A DNA stretch of 64,000 bases from Actinomycetes bacterium (GTDB taxonomy: Bacteria > Actinomycetota > CALGFH01): contig DATENJ010000477.1 in the NCBI GenBank assembly GCA_035275125.1, positions 106 through 64,105 of the forward strand, in the 5' to 3' direction. The notes below the pieces were generated by a model, which worked only from the letters and a program-made list of their open reading frames with translations, did no database searches and had not been told where the DNA came from. The position numbers were made by a program, and so were the translations under genes. Of this stretch, positions 62,296 through 64,000 are shown one piece after another; within the stretch, counting starts at the first letter, position 1; every line of letters begins with the position of its first letter.

Positions 62296-62325
62296 ACTCA
62301 AGTTATCAAGTGCTTACTTGAATAG
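62296..62325 (+). promoter_or_regulatory. AT-rich operator/promoter with the 6-4-6 inverted repeat TCAAGT-GCTT-ACTTGA, upstream of the ArsR-rhodanese gene
   Basis: TTACTCAAGTTATCAAGTGCTTACTTGAATAGAGTG is markedly AT-rich in a ~72 % GC context and sits just upstream of RBS GAGGAGGG and the ATG at 62344. Confidence 0.5.
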
Positions 62326-62343
62326 AGTGGGCGAGGAGGGTAC

Positions 62344-63009
62344 ATGGCTGACCGAGCGGCCAAGACGGCCCTGTTCGATGCGTTCGCCCGGGCGGCCAAG
62401 GCCCTGGCCAGCGGCCGACGCATCGAGCTGATGGACGTGCTCGCGAACGGCGAGCGGACCGTGGAGGCCCTGGCCGGCGAGGTCAGCCTGTCGGTGGCCA
62501 ATACCAGTCAGCACCTGCAGATCCTTCGCCAGGCCGGGCTCGTCAGCAGCCGGCGCGAGGGCACCTCGGTCCACTACCGGCTGGCAGCCCCGGAGGTGTT
62601 CGAGCTCTGGCGGACCCTGCGGGCCCTGGCCGCCAGCCGCCTGGCCGAGGTCGAGCGGCTCGCCGCCGCGTACCTCGGCTCCAGGGACCAGCTGGAGCCG
62701 GTCACCCGGGAGGAGTTGGCCCGCCGGCTTGAGAACGGCGACCCTGTGTTGGTCCTGGACGTGCGGCCAGCTTCTGAGCACGCCGCCGGGCACGTGCCCG
62801 GAGCGGTCTCCATCCCGGTCGAGGAACTGCACAGGCGACTGGCCGAGCTCCCCCGCGACCGGGAGATCGTCGCCTACTGCCGCGGCCCCTACTGCGCCTT
62901 CGCCCACGAGGCCGTGGAGTTGCTGCGTGACGAGGGCTTTGCGGCACGCCGGCTGGAGGACGGGCTCCCCGAATGGCAGGCCGCCGGCTTGGCCGTCGCC
63001 CTCGCCTGA
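62344..63009 (+). CDS. ArsR-family regulator fused to a rhodanese domain (BigR/persulfide-sensing repressor-like)
   Basis: ArsR wHTH (LMDVLANGERTVEALAGEVSLSVANTSQHLQILRQAGLV) plus C-terminal rhodanese with active-site CRGPYC. Confidence 0.8.
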   Translation: MADRAAKTALFDAFARAAKALASGRRIELMDVLANGERTVEALAGEVSLSVANTSQHLQILRQAGLVSSRREGTSVHYRLAAPEVFELWRTLRALAASRLAEVERLAAAYLGSRDQLEPVTREELARRLENGDPVLVLDVRPASEHAAGHVPGAVSIPVEELHRRLAELPRDREIVAYCRGPYCAFAHEAVELLRDEGFAARRLEDGLPEWQAAGLAVALA

Positions 63010-63033
63010 CATCGACCGAGCCGAGGAGCCGGC

Positions 63034-64000
63034 ATGCCCACCATCCACCCGGTCGTCGACGAGGGCCTCGGCAACAGCGCCTATGTGGTCGAGCTTGGCG
63101 ACGGGCGGGCCCTGGTGGTCGACCCGGCACGCGACCCCACCTCCTACCTGGACCTGGCCCGCTGGCGGCACCTTCGGATCGTGTATGCGGCCGAGACCCA
63201 CCTCCACGCCGACTTCCTGACCGGCAGCCGAGAGCTCGCCGCCGCCGCCGGCGCCCAGATCCTCGCCCCTAGGGCGAGCCAGCTCGGCTTTGCCCATCGC
63301 GGCCTGGAGGATGGCGAGGAGGCCGACCTGGGCGGGCTCACCCTGCGGGTGCTGGCCACTCCCGGGCACGCCCCCGAGCACGCCAGCTACCTGCTCCTGG
63401 ACGGCGCTCGGCCTGTGGCCCTGTTCAGCGGCGGGGCGCTGCTGGTCGGCACCGTGGCCCGCACCGACCTGGCCGGCCCCGAGCTGACCGAGCCCCTGGC
63501 CCGGGCCGCCTACCGGTCGCTGCACCAACGGCTCCTGTCGTTGCCCGACGAGCTCGGCGTGTATCCGACCCACGGCGCCGGGTCGTTCTGTGCCACCCCG
63601 GCCGGTGACCAGCGCACGACCACCATCGGGGCCGAGCGTCGCCACAACCGGCTGCTGGCCGCCCCGGACGAGGACGCCTTCGTCACGCAACTGCTGGCCG
63701 GCTTCGGCAGCTACCCGCCGTACTTCCTGCGGCTGCGGGAGCGCAACCGGATCGGCCCCGAGCTGCTCCGCCGCGACTGGAGGGTCCTGCCCCTGCTCTC
63801 GACCGACCGGGTCCAACAGCACCTGGCCGCGGGCGGGCTGGTGGTCGACGCCCGCCCCATCACGGCGTTCGCGGCTGGTCACGTCCCGAGAGCGCTGTCG
63901 ATCGAACTGCGGCCGCAGTTCGCCAGCTGGCTGGGCTGGCTGCTGGACGACACCCAGCCGCTGGTGGTCGTCCTGGACGAGGATCAGGACCGAGGGGAAT
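63034..64000 (+). CDS. MBL-fold metallo-hydrolase fused to a rhodanese domain (Blh/ETHE1-like persulfide dioxygenase), 3' end outside the window
   Basis: Metallo-beta-lactamase motif ETHLHADF, ATPGHAPEHASY, then a rhodanese-like region; RBS GAGGAG. Confidence 0.8.
   Translation, partial: MPTIHPVVDEGLGNSAYVVELGDGRALVVDPARDPTSYLDLARWRHLRIVYAAETHLHADFLTGSRELAAAAGAQILAPRASQLGFAHRGLEDGEEADLGGLTLRVLATPGHAPEHASYLLLDGARPVALFSGGALLVGTVARTDLAGPELTEPLARAAYRSLHQRLLSLPDELGVYPTHGAGSFCATPAGDQRTTTIGAERRHNRLLAAPDEDAFVTQLLAGFGSYPPYFLRLRERNRIGPELLRRDWRVLPLLSTDRVQQHLAAGGLVVDARPITAFAAGHVPRALSIELRPQFASWLGWLLDDTQPLVVVLDEDQDRGE

Overview
This is a 64-kb window of very GC-rich DNA (about 70 %+), probably an accessory chromosomal region of an Actinomycetota genome (twin-arginine signal peptide, probable F420-dependent PPOX-class protein, ECF sigma factor with a YciI-like partner, MASE1 histidine kinase). 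Coding density is high and the content is almost entirely accessory and catabolic.

- **1–12.5 kb:** a LuxR-type regulator tail, FtsH, and a cluster of five alpha/beta-fold hydrolases plus an epoxide hydrolase.
- **12.6–16.5 kb:** an ECF sigma factor module (YciI-like partner, NHL-repeat protein, SnoaL-like protein).
- **16.5–43.9 kb:** three paralogous family-5 (peptide/opine type) ABC uptake systems, each coupled to a different amide-bond hydrolase.
  - The first substrate-binding protein sits with an amidase.
  - The second sits with a full ABC operon and a formamidase, flanked by a TrmB regulator and a putative AtzG-like small protein overlapping the start of an AtzE-like amidase.
  - The third sits with a D-hydantoinase, an isocitrate-lyase/PEP-mutase family lyase, and an ATP-dependent HyuB–class-III aminotransferase–HyuA module nested inside the ABC operon. 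This is read as a candidate lactam/hydantoin-type N-heterocycle catabolic island and is the most likely novel system.
- **44–52 kb:** an M20 peptidase, a DcuA transporter remnant, and a MASE1 two-component system next to an unusual STAS–anti-sigma-kinase–LuxR fusion.
- **52.6–59 kb:** an FAD oxidase, an HxlR regulator, two tandem secreted proteins with HAF-like repeats, and a large secreted protein.
- **59.6–64 kb:** an APH-family kinase, a GrpB protein, an ArsR/SRPBCC pair, and a BigR/Blh-like sulfide-stress module (ArsR-rhodanese regulator plus MBL-rhodanese enzyme, partial at the window end).

Other notable features are a three-copy ~47-bp palindrome-containing intergenic repeat, a ~143-bp near-identical gene-conversion tract between two diverged binding-protein paralogs, and at least five single-nucleotide frameshifts in otherwise intact genes (assembly error or pseudogenisation, not distinguishable from sequence alone). 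No rRNA, tRNA or CRISPR array was seen by eye. Gene boundaries are approximate to ±1–3 nt; many long ORFs antisense to real genes are GC-skew artefacts and were ignored.
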